From a candidate division WOR-3 bacterium (GTDB lineage Bacteria > Hydrothermota > Tepidihabitantia > Tepidihabitantales > Tepidihabitantaceae), in the NCBI GenBank assembly GCA_965649205.1, contig CBFGJV010000011.1, positions 15,455 to 79,454 on the forward strand: a DNA stretch of 64,000 nt, written 5' to 3'. The notes below the pieces were generated by a model that made no database searches, was not told where the DNA came from, and saw nothing but the letters and a program-made list of their open reading frames with translations. Position numbers and translations under genes: made by a program. Below, one piece after another: positions 26,784 through 36,842 of this stretch. Within the stretch, counting starts at the first letter, position 1, and every line of letters starts with the position of its first letter.

Positions 26784-28005
26784 CTTGGCGTTTTCTCTCC
26801 TGCCAGAGTTTGGCAATTTCTTTGAGAAGCAAGGCGGCGAACTCGTTTTTATTCAGGAGCGGGAAACGGCGTAGCCTTTTCTGTTTTGAAAGTAGTGTGG
26901 CCTGTATGGAGTCGGAGTCGGCAGTAGCATAGTCGTTGACTACAATGAGATCCATTTTCTTGGCATTCAATTTCTGGCGGGCGCGGTTCAGATCCGGGTC
27001 CAACGAGAAACCTACAACCAGAGCCCGATGTTCGGTCTGGCTTACAGTCTGGAGAATATCCGGAGTACGTACCAGTTCAAGCTGCAAATTCGGTGTGTGC
27101 AATTTTTTCTTGCCGACCTTTTCGGGCCGATAGTCGGCCGGAGCTGCGCACATCACTAGCACATCAGTTTCAGGCAGGTGGCGAAGAACAGCCTCCAACA
27201 TTTCTGCGGTGGTGCGTACCCGTTCTGTTTCCACTTCTGGTAGCGGGGTAGAGACGACGCCGGCGATGAGTCGTACCTTAGCCCGGGAGAGAATGAGTTG
27301 GCGACAGATAGCAGCTCCGAGCTTGCCGCTGGAGCGATTGGTAATAATGCGTACCGGGTCCAGGGGTTCTTCGGTGCGTCCTACGGTAAGGAGTACACGG
27401 ACGCCAGCGAGGTCGGGCGTTTTTTGAGAGAGCGCGGCAGCACACAGCGCGAAAAGATGAGAGGGTTCGGGAAGCCGACCAGGCCCAGAGGTACCACAGG
27501 CCAGTTCACCCTTGGTAGGCTGTATAAGCACATATCCGCGTTTGGCGAGCAGGGCAAGATTATCCTGTACCGCGGGGTGAAGCCACATATTTGAATTCAT
27601 AGAAGGAGCAAGGAGGACGCGACCGGCCTGGAGGGTAGAAGAAGGAATGGCTAAGAGGAGCGTGGAGAGAAGGTCATCGGCAATGCCATGGGCAAGTTTC
27701 CCTAAGATGTTGGCAGTAGCTGGAGCTACCAGTACCAAGTCTGCCCAGCTGGCCAGGTCAATGTGTTGTACAGAACCTGCAGGCAGGGTAGAGCCGACGG
27801 GTTTATTATTAGGAAAGAGTTTGGTAGCCACCGGACGGCCGGTGAGCGCAGTGAAGGAGTGGGGGGCAAGCAGTTTGCAGGCGTGGCGGGTCATCACCAC
27901 CTGGACCTCATGGCCGGCTTTACGTAACAGCCGTACCAACTCCAGAGTCTTGTAGGCAGCAATGCCGCCGGTGATTCCCAATAGGATGCGAGAAGGTTTG
28001 GTCAT
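26776..28005 (-). CDS. coaBC: Phosphopantothenoylcysteine decarboxylase/ligase
   Basis: TGGIAAYK, APATAN, LACG..G.GR, DPVR.ITNRSSG. Confidence 0.95.
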   Translation of the reverse strand: MTKPSRILLGITGGIAAYKTLELVRLLRKAGHEVQVVMTRHACKLLAPHSFTALTGRPVATKLFPNNKPVGSTLPAGSVQHIDLASWADLVLVAPATANILGKLAHGIADDLLSTLLLAIPSSTLQAGRVLLAPSMNSNMWLHPAVQDNLALLAKRGYVLIQPTKGELACGTSGPGRLPEPSHLFALCAAALSQKTPDLAGVRVLLTVGRTEEPLDPVRIITNRSSGKLGAAICRQLILSRAKVRLIAGVVSTPLPEVETERVRTTAEMLEAVLRHLPETDVLVMCAAPADYRPEKVGKKKLHTPNLQLELVRTPDILQTVSQTEHRALVVGFSLDPDLNRARQKLNAKKMDLIVVNDYATADSDSIQATLLSKQKRLRRFPLLNKNEFAALLLKEIAKLWQERKRQDA

Positions 28006-28030
28006 GGGAGCCGAGACACTTCCCGACTGT

Positions 28031-28294
28031 TCAGCCGGTAACTCTGTAATTCAGGTTAGGCTCACCATAGCCTTCGCGAGTGAGGGCTTCCATTTCTGCT
28101 TCGGTCAGTTTTTCGTATTTGAGCTCACCGGCAATAAGGCGTCCCAAGGCGTAGTCGTAAACATTCTCGTTGAGCTGGACCTCGCCCTTCTGCATGGCGT
28201 CGATAAGTCGCCTTGCTTCTAAGGCGGCCACATTAAGAGCCTGATACTTGTTAGGGTATTTTTCCCAGATACGCTCTAAAGATATGTTTTTCAT
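28031..28294 (-). CDS. rpoZ: RNA polymerase omega subunit
   Basis: NKY...VAA.EARRL; gmk-rpoZ-coaBC synteny. Confidence 0.8.
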   Translation of the reverse strand: MKNISLERIWEKYPNKYQALNVAALEARRLIDAMQKGEVQLNENVYDYALGRLIAGELKYEKLTEAEMEALTREGYGEPNLNYRVTG

Positions 28295-28962
28295 CTGTCA
28301 CTTCCTCCTTTGGGGGAAACTTTGCTGCCGCTGTCTTTGAGCGGTAGCAGATTTATCTGCCGACTGGTCCGAAGTCGCTCGGCCCGGATTATGGCCAGCA
28401 CGTCTGCCACGGCCTTGTCCAGTCGGTCGTTTACTACCAGATAATCAAACTCGGGAATCGCGGCCAGTTCGTTCTGTATTTCTGCCTGGCGGCGCTGAAC
28501 CACTTCCAAGGAATCGGTACCGCGCTTGCGCAGCCGACGGTTGAGCTCGGCGAGGTTGGGTGGGATTATGAAGATGCCCACCGTACCGGGAAGGGCTTGC
28601 TTGCAGGAACGCATGCCCTGAATGTCCAGGTCGGCTATGACATCGCGGCCCTGCTTGAAACAGGCAAGAACGTGAGCCCGGGGAGTGCCGTACAAGTAGC
28701 CGTAGACCCGGGCGTGTTCCAGCAGTTCACCTTTACGCAGCAATTGTTGAAATTCTTCTTCGGAATAGAAGTAATAGCTGCGCCCGTGTTTTTCGCCTGG
28801 TCGGCGAGGGCGGGTGGTGGCGGATACAGAGTAGGCCAGATGACGGTCGGCGGCTACTGCTCTGCGGCAGATGGAAGTCTTGCCTCCACCCGAAGGTGAA
28901 GACAGCACGATGAGAAAGGGATGATGCCGAATCCTGGTAGGAATGGAAACTTTCCTATTCAA
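28291..28962 (-). CDS. gmk: Guanylate kinase
   Basis: SPSGGGKT, SATTRPRRPGE, YGTP. Confidence 0.95.
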   Translation of the reverse strand: MNRKVSIPTRIRHHPFLIVLSSPSGGGKTSICRRAVAADRHLAYSVSATTRPRRPGEKHGRSYYFYSEEEFQQLLRKGELLEHARVYGYLYGTPRAHVLACFKQGRDVIADLDIQGMRSCKQALPGTVGIFIIPPNLAELNRRLRKRGTDSLEVVQRRQAEIQNELAAIPEFDYLVVNDRLDKAVADVLAIIRAERLRTSRQINLLPLKDSGSKVSPKGGSDR

Positions 28963-29830
28963 TGTTACGCACCTGTTCTTTCAGTTTTTCAATTTCGCCT
29001 TTAATTTCTATGGCGCGCCGGGATACTACTACGTCGCGCGCCTTGGCAGCCATCGTGTCTGTTTCGCGCAACATCTCCTGGGCGATAAAGTCCAATTTCT
29101 TGCCCGAGGTGGAAGAAAGCTTTAGGGTGCGCAGAAACATGGTGCAGTGGCTTTTAAGGCGTACGCATTCTTCGTGGATGTCCACCTTGTCAGCAATGAA
29201 GGCAATTTCCTCCACAAGACGCTTAGGGTCAACTTCGGCCTTGAGTGCTTCCAGCTGGCTGAGGAAATTCTGTCTGCGCTCGGCCAGACGCCTGGGTACG
29301 CGAGCTTCAACTTGGCGCACGGCGGCCAGTATTTTCTTCACTCGCTGACGCATGTCTCTCACCAGTATGGCTCCTTCGGCCTTTTTCATCTGGTTGAGCT
29401 GTACCAGAGCTTGATTAATCAGACGGCGACAGACCCGCCACAGCTTTTGGCGGTTGCGCGGCGACTTCCCGGTTACCACTAATCCCGGGAAAGAGAGGAC
29501 TGTGTTTATGTCCAGCGTGCCCGGCAGCTGGTAGCGGGCCTTCAGTTCGCGGGCGAGCTTGATGTAGTCACGGGCGAGAGCGTGGTTGATGGCCAGGGTT
29601 GGAGTGTCAAGCGATTCGTCCAGATCAACCTGCAGCTGTACATATCCCCGTCGGATGTGTCGTTTTACCAGCTCCCGTATTTCACCCTCATAGCCGGCCA
29701 GAACCGGGGGCAGACGCGGTATTAACTCAAAGAACTTATGGTTGACCGAACGAATGTCCACAATGATGGTACCATTTGTGGGTTCAAGTTGGGTCTGTAG
29801 TCGGGCAACGCCAGTCATGCTCCGTATCAT
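28955..29830 (-). CDS. yicC: YicC/YloC family endoribonuclease
   Basis: MIRSMTG, RSVNH, DIHEE..RL.SH, GKKLDFI.QEM.RE, KEQVRNIE. Confidence 0.92.
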   Translation of the reverse strand: MIRSMTGVARLQTQLEPTNGTIIVDIRSVNHKFFELIPRLPPVLAGYEGEIRELVKRHIRRGYVQLQVDLDESLDTPTLAINHALARDYIKLARELKARYQLPGTLDINTVLSFPGLVVTGKSPRNRQKLWRVCRRLINQALVQLNQMKKAEGAILVRDMRQRVKKILAAVRQVEARVPRRLAERRQNFLSQLEALKAEVDPKRLVEEIAFIADKVDIHEECVRLKSHCTMFLRTLKLSSTSGKKLDFIAQEMLRETDTMAAKARDVVVSRRAIEIKGEIEKLKEQVRNIE

Positions 29831-30288
29831 CGTTCCGCTCCGGTTTTTTCTCCTTCTTCCAGTATTATCGTCACCGGCCCGTCATTGGTCAGAGATACCT
29901 GCATATGCGCTCCGAATTGACCAGTACGAGTCGGAACCCCCAGATAGGCCAGCTCGGCCACGAACCTTTCGTACAACTCTTTTGCGCGTTGTGGCGGGCA
30001 GGCAGCAGTAAACGACGGGCGCAAACCCCTGCTTGTATCTGCATAGAGGGTGAATTGTGGTACCACTAAACAGGAGCCGTGGGTATCCAAAAGCGATAGG
30101 TTCATTTTGCCAGCTGTATCTTCGAATATCCGCAGCCGAGCTACGCGCGACGCCATTTGGCGACAGGTTTCTTCAGTATCGGCGTGGCCTATGCCCTGCA
30201 GTACGAGTAATCCTGGTCCAATGCGGGCAATTTCTTCGGTTCCCACTGTGACCCAAGCAGTGCTTACCCGTTGTAACACTACACGCAT
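29827..30288 (-). CDS. dtd: D-aminoacyl-tRNA deacylase
   Basis: MRVVLQRV, QFTL, GQFGAHM.V.LTNDGPVT. Confidence 0.95.
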   Translation of the reverse strand: MRVVLQRVSTAWVTVGTEEIARIGPGLLVLQGIGHADTEETCRQMASRVARLRIFEDTAGKMNLSLLDTHGSCLVVPQFTLYADTSRGLRPSFTAACPPQRAKELYERFVAELAYLGVPTRTGQFGAHMQVSLTNDGPVTIILEEGEKTGAER

Positions 30289-30915
30289 CTAGTAAGCTTT
30301 TCTCTGTTTGAGCAGATGTACCAGTCTGCGGGCAAAAGCGCGGGCCTGCAGGTGGGTGGAAGCGGTAACGATATTGCCATCGGTCACAACGGGATTAGGC
30401 AGGTAGCGAGCTTCACCAGCACGCAGCATGCTGACGGCCTGCCGTTCGGGAACGGTGGTAGCGCGCATCCCTTTTAGAATTCCTGCATTGGCAAGGCATA
30501 TGCTAGCGATGCCAACTGCACCGACCGTGCGCCCGGTAGCGGCGAACTCACGCAATTTTTCGTGTAGAAGAGAGTCACGCCAGAAGATGGCAATGCCGGA
30601 ACCGCCCACAAGGACAAAAGCCGAGAAGTCGGAGGCGCGTACGTCGTGCAGTCTTACTTCCGGGTTGAGAATAGTTTGATCCATTCCTACGGCCGGTGCG
30701 GTGTCTTGGGAAACCACTACGTATGCCATTCGCGCCAGTTCCAGCTGACGAGCGACAGTGAGAAACACTTCGTCATCAAACAGGCGTTGGCTCACGAAAA
30801 TCAGAACCGGTAGCGGGCCGCGCGCATTTGCCTGTGTGTGCGGCGAGACAGGACTAGACTCGGCTTGTAGCAAGCCGGAAAGCAAGAACGGCAGCGCCCA
30901 AAGCAGTTTGGTCAC
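30289..30915 (-). CDS. DJ-1/PfpI family protein with signal peptide
   Basis: LVGGSG, LANAGIL.G.RAT, VVTDGNIVTA. Confidence 0.8.
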   Translation of the reverse strand: MTKLLWALPFLLSGLLQAESSPVSPHTQANARGPLPVLIFVSQRLFDDEVFLTVARQLELARMAYVVVSQDTAPAVGMDQTILNPEVRLHDVRASDFSAFVLVGGSGIAIFWRDSLLHEKLREFAATGRTVGAVGIASICLANAGILKGMRATTVPERQAVSMLRAGEARYLPNPVVTDGNIVTASTHLQARAFARRLVHLLKQRKAY

Positions 30916-30952
30916 GGTAAATCAATGAAGGATATTCAGGATGGAGGGAAAG

Positions 30953-31450
30953 TCAACGACCCGGCAGTGATTCCAGACCTCGGACCGTGTCCTGAGGTTT
31001 GATACCGTGGCGGTGAAACCATCCGGCGTTCATTTCTAGAGCAAAGCGTACGGGTACCGAGGATTGATAGCGGGTCAGCGTGTCTTCCGGGCTCATTTCA
31101 AAGATGTCGGCGATGATACCGGAGGAGGTGATAAAGGCAATACTGAGGGGAAGATAGGTATTTTTCATCCAGAAAGAATGGGGGGCGTTTTCACCGAAAA
31201 CAAAGAGCATTCCGGAGTCAGGTGCCAGCCAGTGACGGTACATCAGTCCCTGTTCCCGTTCTTCTTCGTTGGTGGCTACTTCTACATAGGCTACTTGCTC
31301 GCGAATCCTAAGTTGCAGGCGGGGAAGGTTTAAGCGAATTGTCTCTTCTTTTGTCTGGTGTGTCTTCGAATTCCGGGGACAGGAACAGCTCGGATGAATG
31401 AAAGAGACCAGCAGGATGAACGCTACCGGCCTACTTAGTTTCACCTTCAA
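30953..31450 (-). CDS. DUF192 family protein
   Basis: GLMYR, GMLFVF, FWMKNT..PLSIAF, ALEMNAG. Confidence 0.9.
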   Translation of the reverse strand: MKVKLSRPVAFILLVSFIHPSCSCPRNSKTHQTKEETIRLNLPRLQLRIREQVAYVEVATNEEEREQGLMYRHWLAPDSGMLFVFGENAPHSFWMKNTYLPLSIAFITSSGIIADIFEMSPEDTLTRYQSSVPVRFALEMNAGWFHRHGIKPQDTVRGLESLPGR

Positions 31451-33560
31451 GAACTATCCGGGACAGGTCGGCAACCTGAAGAAAGAGAGAGCGCAGATAA
31501 AGCGCCAGACGCAGACGGTTGGTGCGTAACCTTTCGTCTTCTGCCATAACCAGAACCTCGTCGAACAGACGGTCAATAGGCTGTCTCAGCTCCAAGAGCA
31601 GCTCCAATGCTGGGAAGTAGTCATAGGAGGCCATAGCCTTTCTTACTTCTGGCTCTACTTTCTGAGCGGTTTGCCACAGTTCGATCTCGGCCGGTTCGTA
31701 GAACAGGGCAGGATTGGGTAGACCCGTAACTTGCTGGTTCTTCAAGATGTTAGCCACGCGTTTCTGACCGATTATCAGCTTTTCGAACTCCGGTCGGCTG
31801 CGGAAGGCAGATAGAGCACGGGCTGCGGCCAAAGCGCGCACCGGATAGTGCCAGGTTGTTTCCATGACTGCCGCGGATATGTCATAGGGGATTCCTTTAT
31901 CGGCAAGTACGGACTCGAGTCTTTCTTGGAGAAACGGAATCAGTTTGGCGGAGTATTCAGCCGAGGGAGACTTGAAATTGCGGAGGGCCACAGTCAGCAG
32001 CTTCTTGAGGTCAATATCCAAGTGGTGCGCGAGTATGATGTTCAGAAGTCCGGAAGCAGCGCGACGCAAACCAAAAGGGTCTTCTGAACCGGTGGGGATG
32101 GAACCGGTAAGAAAGGTAGCTACTATGTTGTCAATTCGATCCACCAGGGAAAGGCACGCGCCGTACCTGGTACGGGGCAGTTCTGAGTCGGCACCGGTTG
32201 GCAGGTAGTGTTCGGCGATGGCGTCGGCCACTTCGGCTCTTTCACCCAGCAGCCGGGCATAGATGCCCCCCATTTTCCCCTGCAGACTGGTAAACTCCTT
32301 TTCCTTCACCATATTTGTCAGAAGGTCAGCCTTGGACAACCATGCAGCTCGGTCCAGGATGTTTATTTCTTCTTCTGTCATACTCAGCTCAGCGGCCAGA
32401 TGGCCACACAGTTCGCGCAGGTGAGCTGTCTTGTCGTAATAGGTGCCGATGCCTTCTATCCAGACAACGCGTTTTTCTTCTTCCACCAGTGCTTCCAAAC
32501 CTCGCCGCAGGTCCTCGTCAAAGTAGAAGCGGGCATCGCGCAGCCGAGATTCGACGGCATGTTCGTACCAGCGTGCCACAAGCTCTTGGTCACAGCCAGG
32601 AGTGTCGGCTACGGCTACAAACAGCGGCAGCAGGTCGGTTGTGTCCGCTTTCGGATTCTGAGTTTGCGCCTGTACGGCGAAACAACGTTGATGTTTCTTC
32701 AGAGCGGTTATGAGTACATCGGGCGGCAAAGTCAGGTACGTAGGGTCGAACCGACAGAGAATCACAACCGGTGACTCGGTGATGTTCACCGTTTCTTCCA
32801 GAAGTTCTTCGTCTCCAATCATAAATCCGCCGGCCTGGGTACAGAGCTTGTCTGCCTGGGTGCGTACAGCTTCTCTTCTTTCCTCAGGTCGGCACAGTAC
32901 TCCATGCTCGCGCAGGGTGTTTTCATATTCCAATGCGTCAGCCAGACTTAGAGGATGGGATTCACTTCGTTTGGCCCAAGTAAGGCGATCGGCAGTAAGA
33001 CTGGCAAATTCTACCGGTACCACTTCGGAGCCGAGCAGGCAGACAAGCCAGCGGATCGGTCGGGGAAACCGAGTAGCATCTGTCTGCCAGCGCATTGTGC
33101 GGGGAAAGGAAAGCTGACGCAGACAAAGCGGAATCTCCTTTAGGAGAATTTCCCGAGTATGTAGCGGGGGCACTTCTTTTCTGACAAAGGCGTATTCTCC
33201 GCGGGCAGTAGTTTTGAGATACAAATCCTGGGGTTGCTTGCCATGAGCGGCCGCAAAACCGATGCCAGTGCGGGTAGGAGTGCCGCCGGTGTCGAAAGCC
33301 ACCTTTGCCGGCGGACCCTGCACTTCTACTTCGCCTCCCGGCTTTTCTGCCTGTACAGAAGAAAAACGTACACTCAAACGGCGAGGTGTGTAGAACAGCT
33401 CTGGCTCAGAAAACTGAAGTTCATGCTGGTTCAGTATTTCCCGGATACGATGGGCCAGTTCTTCACTTCCGCGCCGTAGAAACGCAGGGGGCAGCTCCTC
33501 GGTACCTATTTCTAGGAGTAGAGGCAGGTATAGTCCTTCGATTCTTTCTTTAGTTTGCAC
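31431..33560 (-). CDS. glyS: Glycine-tRNA ligase beta subunit
   Basis: LEIGTEELP, TPRRL, RL.DA.F, KADL, GSEDPFGLRR, NRL. Confidence 0.95.
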   Translation of the reverse strand: MQTKERIEGLYLPLLLEIGTEELPPAFLRRGSEELAHRIREILNQHELQFSEPELFYTPRRLSVRFSSVQAEKPGGEVEVQGPPAKVAFDTGGTPTRTGIGFAAAHGKQPQDLYLKTTARGEYAFVRKEVPPLHTREILLKEIPLCLRQLSFPRTMRWQTDATRFPRPIRWLVCLLGSEVVPVEFASLTADRLTWAKRSESHPLSLADALEYENTLREHGVLCRPEERREAVRTQADKLCTQAGGFMIGDEELLEETVNITESPVVILCRFDPTYLTLPPDVLITALKKHQRCFAVQAQTQNPKADTTDLLPLFVAVADTPGCDQELVARWYEHAVESRLRDARFYFDEDLRRGLEALVEEEKRVVWIEGIGTYYDKTAHLRELCGHLAAELSMTEEEINILDRAAWLSKADLLTNMVKEKEFTSLQGKMGGIYARLLGERAEVADAIAEHYLPTGADSELPRTRYGACLSLVDRIDNIVATFLTGSIPTGSEDPFGLRRAASGLLNIILAHHLDIDLKKLLTVALRNFKSPSAEYSAKLIPFLQERLESVLADKGIPYDISAAVMETTWHYPVRALAAARALSAFRSRPEFEKLIIGQKRVANILKNQQVTGLPNPALFYEPAEIELWQTAQKVEPEVRKAMASYDYFPALELLLELRQPIDRLFDEVLVMAEDERLRTNRLRLALYLRSLFLQVADLSRIVLEGETK

Positions 33561-33746
33561 GCGGGGATAATAGTAGATATCCGCCAGAAAGTCAAACTTG
33601 CTGGCAGCCCGCCTTTCGGGGATGGTAGCCCAGCGTTAACAGTTTGTTACACCAGCACATAGCATATGGAGCGCCAGATGCAATTCTGTTTGACAGGGCT
33701 GGTCGGCGAAGTAATAATCCTCCACTCGCAAGAAAGGAGAAACCAA

Positions 33747-34175
33747 ATGCGTTCCGTATGGAAGCTGTCTGTCTTGACCGTCTGTCTGCTTGCGCTTGTG
33801 ACTGGCTGTCTGAGTCTCAGCGGCGTTAAAGCTGCTTCTGAACCTGCTCCTCAACAGAAGGTAGTAGAGAGACTTCTTCAGTGGATGATAGACAGGGGAG
33901 ATGAGGACATCAAGAGTATAATATCTCCACAATGGGTGAAGGAAAATCGCGTCAAACTGGAAAAATACAAAATCAACGCTTACGGACCGCAAGATTACAA
34001 GATTACGCGGGTACAGAAGACAAAAGTTGTGGCAGAAATTTTTTTCGTAGGAGGAACGGCACACGAGCTGACTTTTACAGTAAGGAAAGAAGGTGGCAGA
34101 TCCTACATAGTGCCGGGGGAACGTTCCGAAGGATGGATAGACCCTTGGACTGAAGTCAGACTGAATGTCCGTTAG
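33747..34175 (+). CDS. Hypothetical lipoprotein
   Basis: AAGGAG SD; LVTGC lipobox. Confidence 0.7.
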   Translation: MRSVWKLSVLTVCLLALVTGCLSLSGVKAASEPAPQQKVVERLLQWMIDRGDEDIKSIISPQWVKENRVKLEKYKINAYGPQDYKITRVQKTKVVAEIFFVGGTAHELTFTVRKEGGRSYIVPGERSEGWIDPWTEVRLNVR

Positions 34176-34638
34176 CAGAACCAGAATCTCTTGTTCGCGG
34201 TAGGACAATATATAGTCAGGAAGTCGTGGTCGTAATTTGCGGGGAGTCCCCAGTCCACAGGCCGCCTAGGGGGTAGGCAGGAACCAAGAGGGTAGAAACC
34301 AGATAACTGCTTGTTATGTTCGATGGTTAGGTGTGCGGTAGCTCCGGGACGCAGACAGAGATAATGGTACGGCCGAAAAGCTAAGGATAAAGGGGAAACT
34401 AGATGGATAGCCTGGTTGAGAAGTTGTAGTTCGCTTCAGGAGAATGACATTGAGTGAGGCAATTAAAGCCATGTCTGTTTGCGTGAGGAGAGCATGCAGT
34501 TGAGTTCAGAGGAGGATTCAGAACTGTGTTTTCCGGTTCGGGTTCATGCGGGGACGCACGAAATTTACAATGAGCAAATAATGCCGAAAGAAGGGGAGTT
34601 TGACCAATCGCCAAGTGTCAGTTAGCTTTATTCAGCGT

Positions 34639-35058
34639 ATGGAAGAAACAGGCACAGTGGTAGGTTTCAGAGGCACGCAGGCGGAAGTTGAAATACCAGC
34701 CCGAGGTGAGTGCAGTCATTGTCCGGCACACAGTTTATGCAACTGGACCGGTCAGAAAACCAGAATGATTCTGGCTGCGAATGCAGTGCAAGCTCGGCTT
34801 GGCGACAGAGTCCTTCTCAGTCTTTCTCCGAAAAGAAAGGTTAGTTCTAATCTGTTGGTCTTTGGGATTCCGACTCTGGGCATGCTGGTTGGTGTACTTC
34901 TAGGCAGTCTGGTTTTTCGGACCGAACTGTGGGCGGGAGTTCTGACTGGAGTCGGATTGACGGCCGGTTTCTTATTGGTGAAGCTGATTGATGGACTAGC
35001 GGGCAGGTCAGGGAAAATACTGCCGGTAGTTGTTAAAATTCTCAGAGAGGAAGACTGA
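34639..35058 (+). CDS. RseC/MucC family protein
   Basis: EETGTV, CSHC....LC, A..GD.V, two TM helices. Confidence 0.85.
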   Translation: MEETGTVVGFRGTQAEVEIPARGECSHCPAHSLCNWTGQKTRMILAANAVQARLGDRVLLSLSPKRKVSSNLLVFGIPTLGMLVGVLLGSLVFRTELWAGVLTGVGLTAGFLLVKLIDGLAGRSGKILPVVVKILREED

Positions 35059-35156
35059 AAAGCGTGTGTTACTCCCTTTGTTTTTCCCGACTATTTTGCC
35101 GGATGCGAGAGAGAAGCGGGATGTTGACAGTCTGGGCGAATCAGATAGATTAGCCC

Positions 35157-35993
35157 GTGGTGCGCAAAATCGCAGTCTGTAATCAAAAGGGTGGCGTAGG
35201 AAAGACTACTACGGCAGTGAATCTGGCTGCTGGCTTGGCGCGGAAAACAGGGCAGGTTCTTTTGGTTGACTTAGACCCGCAGGCGCACGCTACAGTGGGA
35301 CTGGGTTTGAGTCGGGAGGGTTTGTCTCTTTCTGTGTATGACGTGCTGATAGAGCCGGAGCAGGTGAATGCGGCCATTGTGCGGAATCGGGCGCAGGGAC
35401 TGGATCTTCTGCCGTCTGCCATTGGTTTGGCTGGAGCAGAGCTGGAGCTGGCGCAGGCAGACAGCCGTGAGTTCAGGCTGCGCCGGGCGCTTGACCTGGT
35501 GGACACAGCCTACGATTTTGTACTTATAGACTGTCCGCCTTCGCTGGGGCTTCTTACGCTCAACGGTCTGGTTGCTGCTCATGCGTTACTGGTGCCAGTA
35601 CAGACAGAATATTACGCACTGGAAGGCATTGCCCGGCTGTTGGACACGGTCAATTTAGTCCGTGACAGCCTGAATCCAACGTTGGAATTGGAAGGGGTTC
35701 TGCTGACAATGTTTTCTTCGCGTTTAACTCTGGCTCAGCAGGTAGCCGCGGAGATAAGGGGTTTTTTCAAAGGGCAGGTATTTAGCACCGTCATACCTCG
35801 CAGTGTAAGATTGGCCGAAGCACCCAGTTTTGGCAAGACTGTGTTCGACTACGACGGTTCTTCGGCTGGGGCCGCGGCTTACGCAGCGCTGGCGGAAGAA
35901 ATATTGGCTAAACATGGATACAGGACGGAAGCGCACAAAGAGCAGCTGGAGGATGTAAACCAGGGAGGAGATAGTGACAGACAGCCAGCGTAG
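35157..35993 (+). CDS. parA: Chromosome partitioning ATPase
   Basis: NQKGGVGKTTT, DLDPQ, DCPPSLG, EAPSFG. Confidence 0.95.
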   Translation: MVRKIAVCNQKGGVGKTTTAVNLAAGLARKTGQVLLVDLDPQAHATVGLGLSREGLSLSVYDVLIEPEQVNAAIVRNRAQGLDLLPSAIGLAGAELELAQADSREFRLRRALDLVDTAYDFVLIDCPPSLGLLTLNGLVAAHALLVPVQTEYYALEGIARLLDTVNLVRDSLNPTLELEGVLLTMFSSRLTLAQQVAAEIRGFFKGQVFSTVIPRSVRLAEAPSFGKTVFDYDGSSAGAAAYAALAEEILAKHGYRTEAHKEQLEDVNQGGDSDRQPA

Positions 35994-36825
35994 GGCTCTG
36001 GGCAAGGGCATCCGGGCCATAATACCTGAACCAACGCAAACCTTTTTGAGTGGGCATACCAGATTCCTGCGTTTGGAGGAAATCAGACCCAATCCCTATC
36101 AGCCCCGCCACAAGGTAGAGGACAATCTGAGTGAACTGGTTGCTTCCATCAAAACCAACGGGCTGCTCCAGCCGGTAGTAGTGAGACGTAGAGGAGACGG
36201 GTATGAGTTGGTGATGGGTGAAAGAAGACTGCGAGCTGCCAGACAGGCCGGGTTGGAACAGATTCCCGCAGTGGTGCGCGAGGCGACCGACAGGGAGATG
36301 TTGGAACTGGCTTTGGTGGAAAACTTGCAGCGGTCCAACCTCAACCCTATTGAGGAAGCGCTTGCCTACCGCCGGTTGGCGGACGAGTTCAAGCTCGATC
36401 ATGAGGAGATAGCAGTTCGTGTGGGCAAAGACCGTTCCACTGTGACTAATGCGCTTCGTCTTCTTACTCTGCCGACAGAGGTAAAAGAGCTGCTGGCTTC
36501 GGGTCAGCTCAGTGCGGGACACGGTCGGGCACTTCTCGCCTTGAGTGACCGCCGGGCGCAGGTGGAGCTGGCGTTGAGGATAGTGAAGGAAGGTTTGTCG
36601 GTGCGCCAGGTGGAAAAACTCTGTAGGCGCAAGATTTTGCCTCCGCGGCACCACTCCGCAGAGCGTGATGTTCACATAGAAGAGCTGGAACATAAACTAC
36701 AGGAGAGGTTTGGCACCAAGGTTACGATCAGCAGCATCAAGGGCGGTACAGGTACCATAACTATTTATTACCATTCGCTCCAAGATCTGGAGAGGGTAGT
36801 GCGAGAGCTGTTGGGTAAAGGTTAG
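35974..36825 (+). CDS. parB: ParB/Spo0J partition protein
   Basis: ALGKG, NPYQPR, GERRLRA, ENLQR, HTH. Confidence 0.95.
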   Translation: MTDSQRRALGKGIRAIIPEPTQTFLSGHTRFLRLEEIRPNPYQPRHKVEDNLSELVASIKTNGLLQPVVVRRRGDGYELVMGERRLRAARQAGLEQIPAVVREATDREMLELALVENLQRSNLNPIEEALAYRRLADEFKLDHEEIAVRVGKDRSTVTNALRLLTLPTEVKELLASGQLSAGHGRALLALSDRRAQVELALRIVKEGLSVRQVEKLCRRKILPPRHHSAERDVHIEELEHKLQERFGTKVTISSIKGGTGTITIYYHSLQDLERVVRELLGKG

Positions 36826-36842
36826 AAAGTAGGGAGTAGCGA

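Noticed and set aside
34176..34600. RNase P, tmRNA, 6S or SRP RNA in this gap (also 16400-16950)
   Set aside because: No hallmark motifs recognised; an Rfam scan would be needed to exclude them fully
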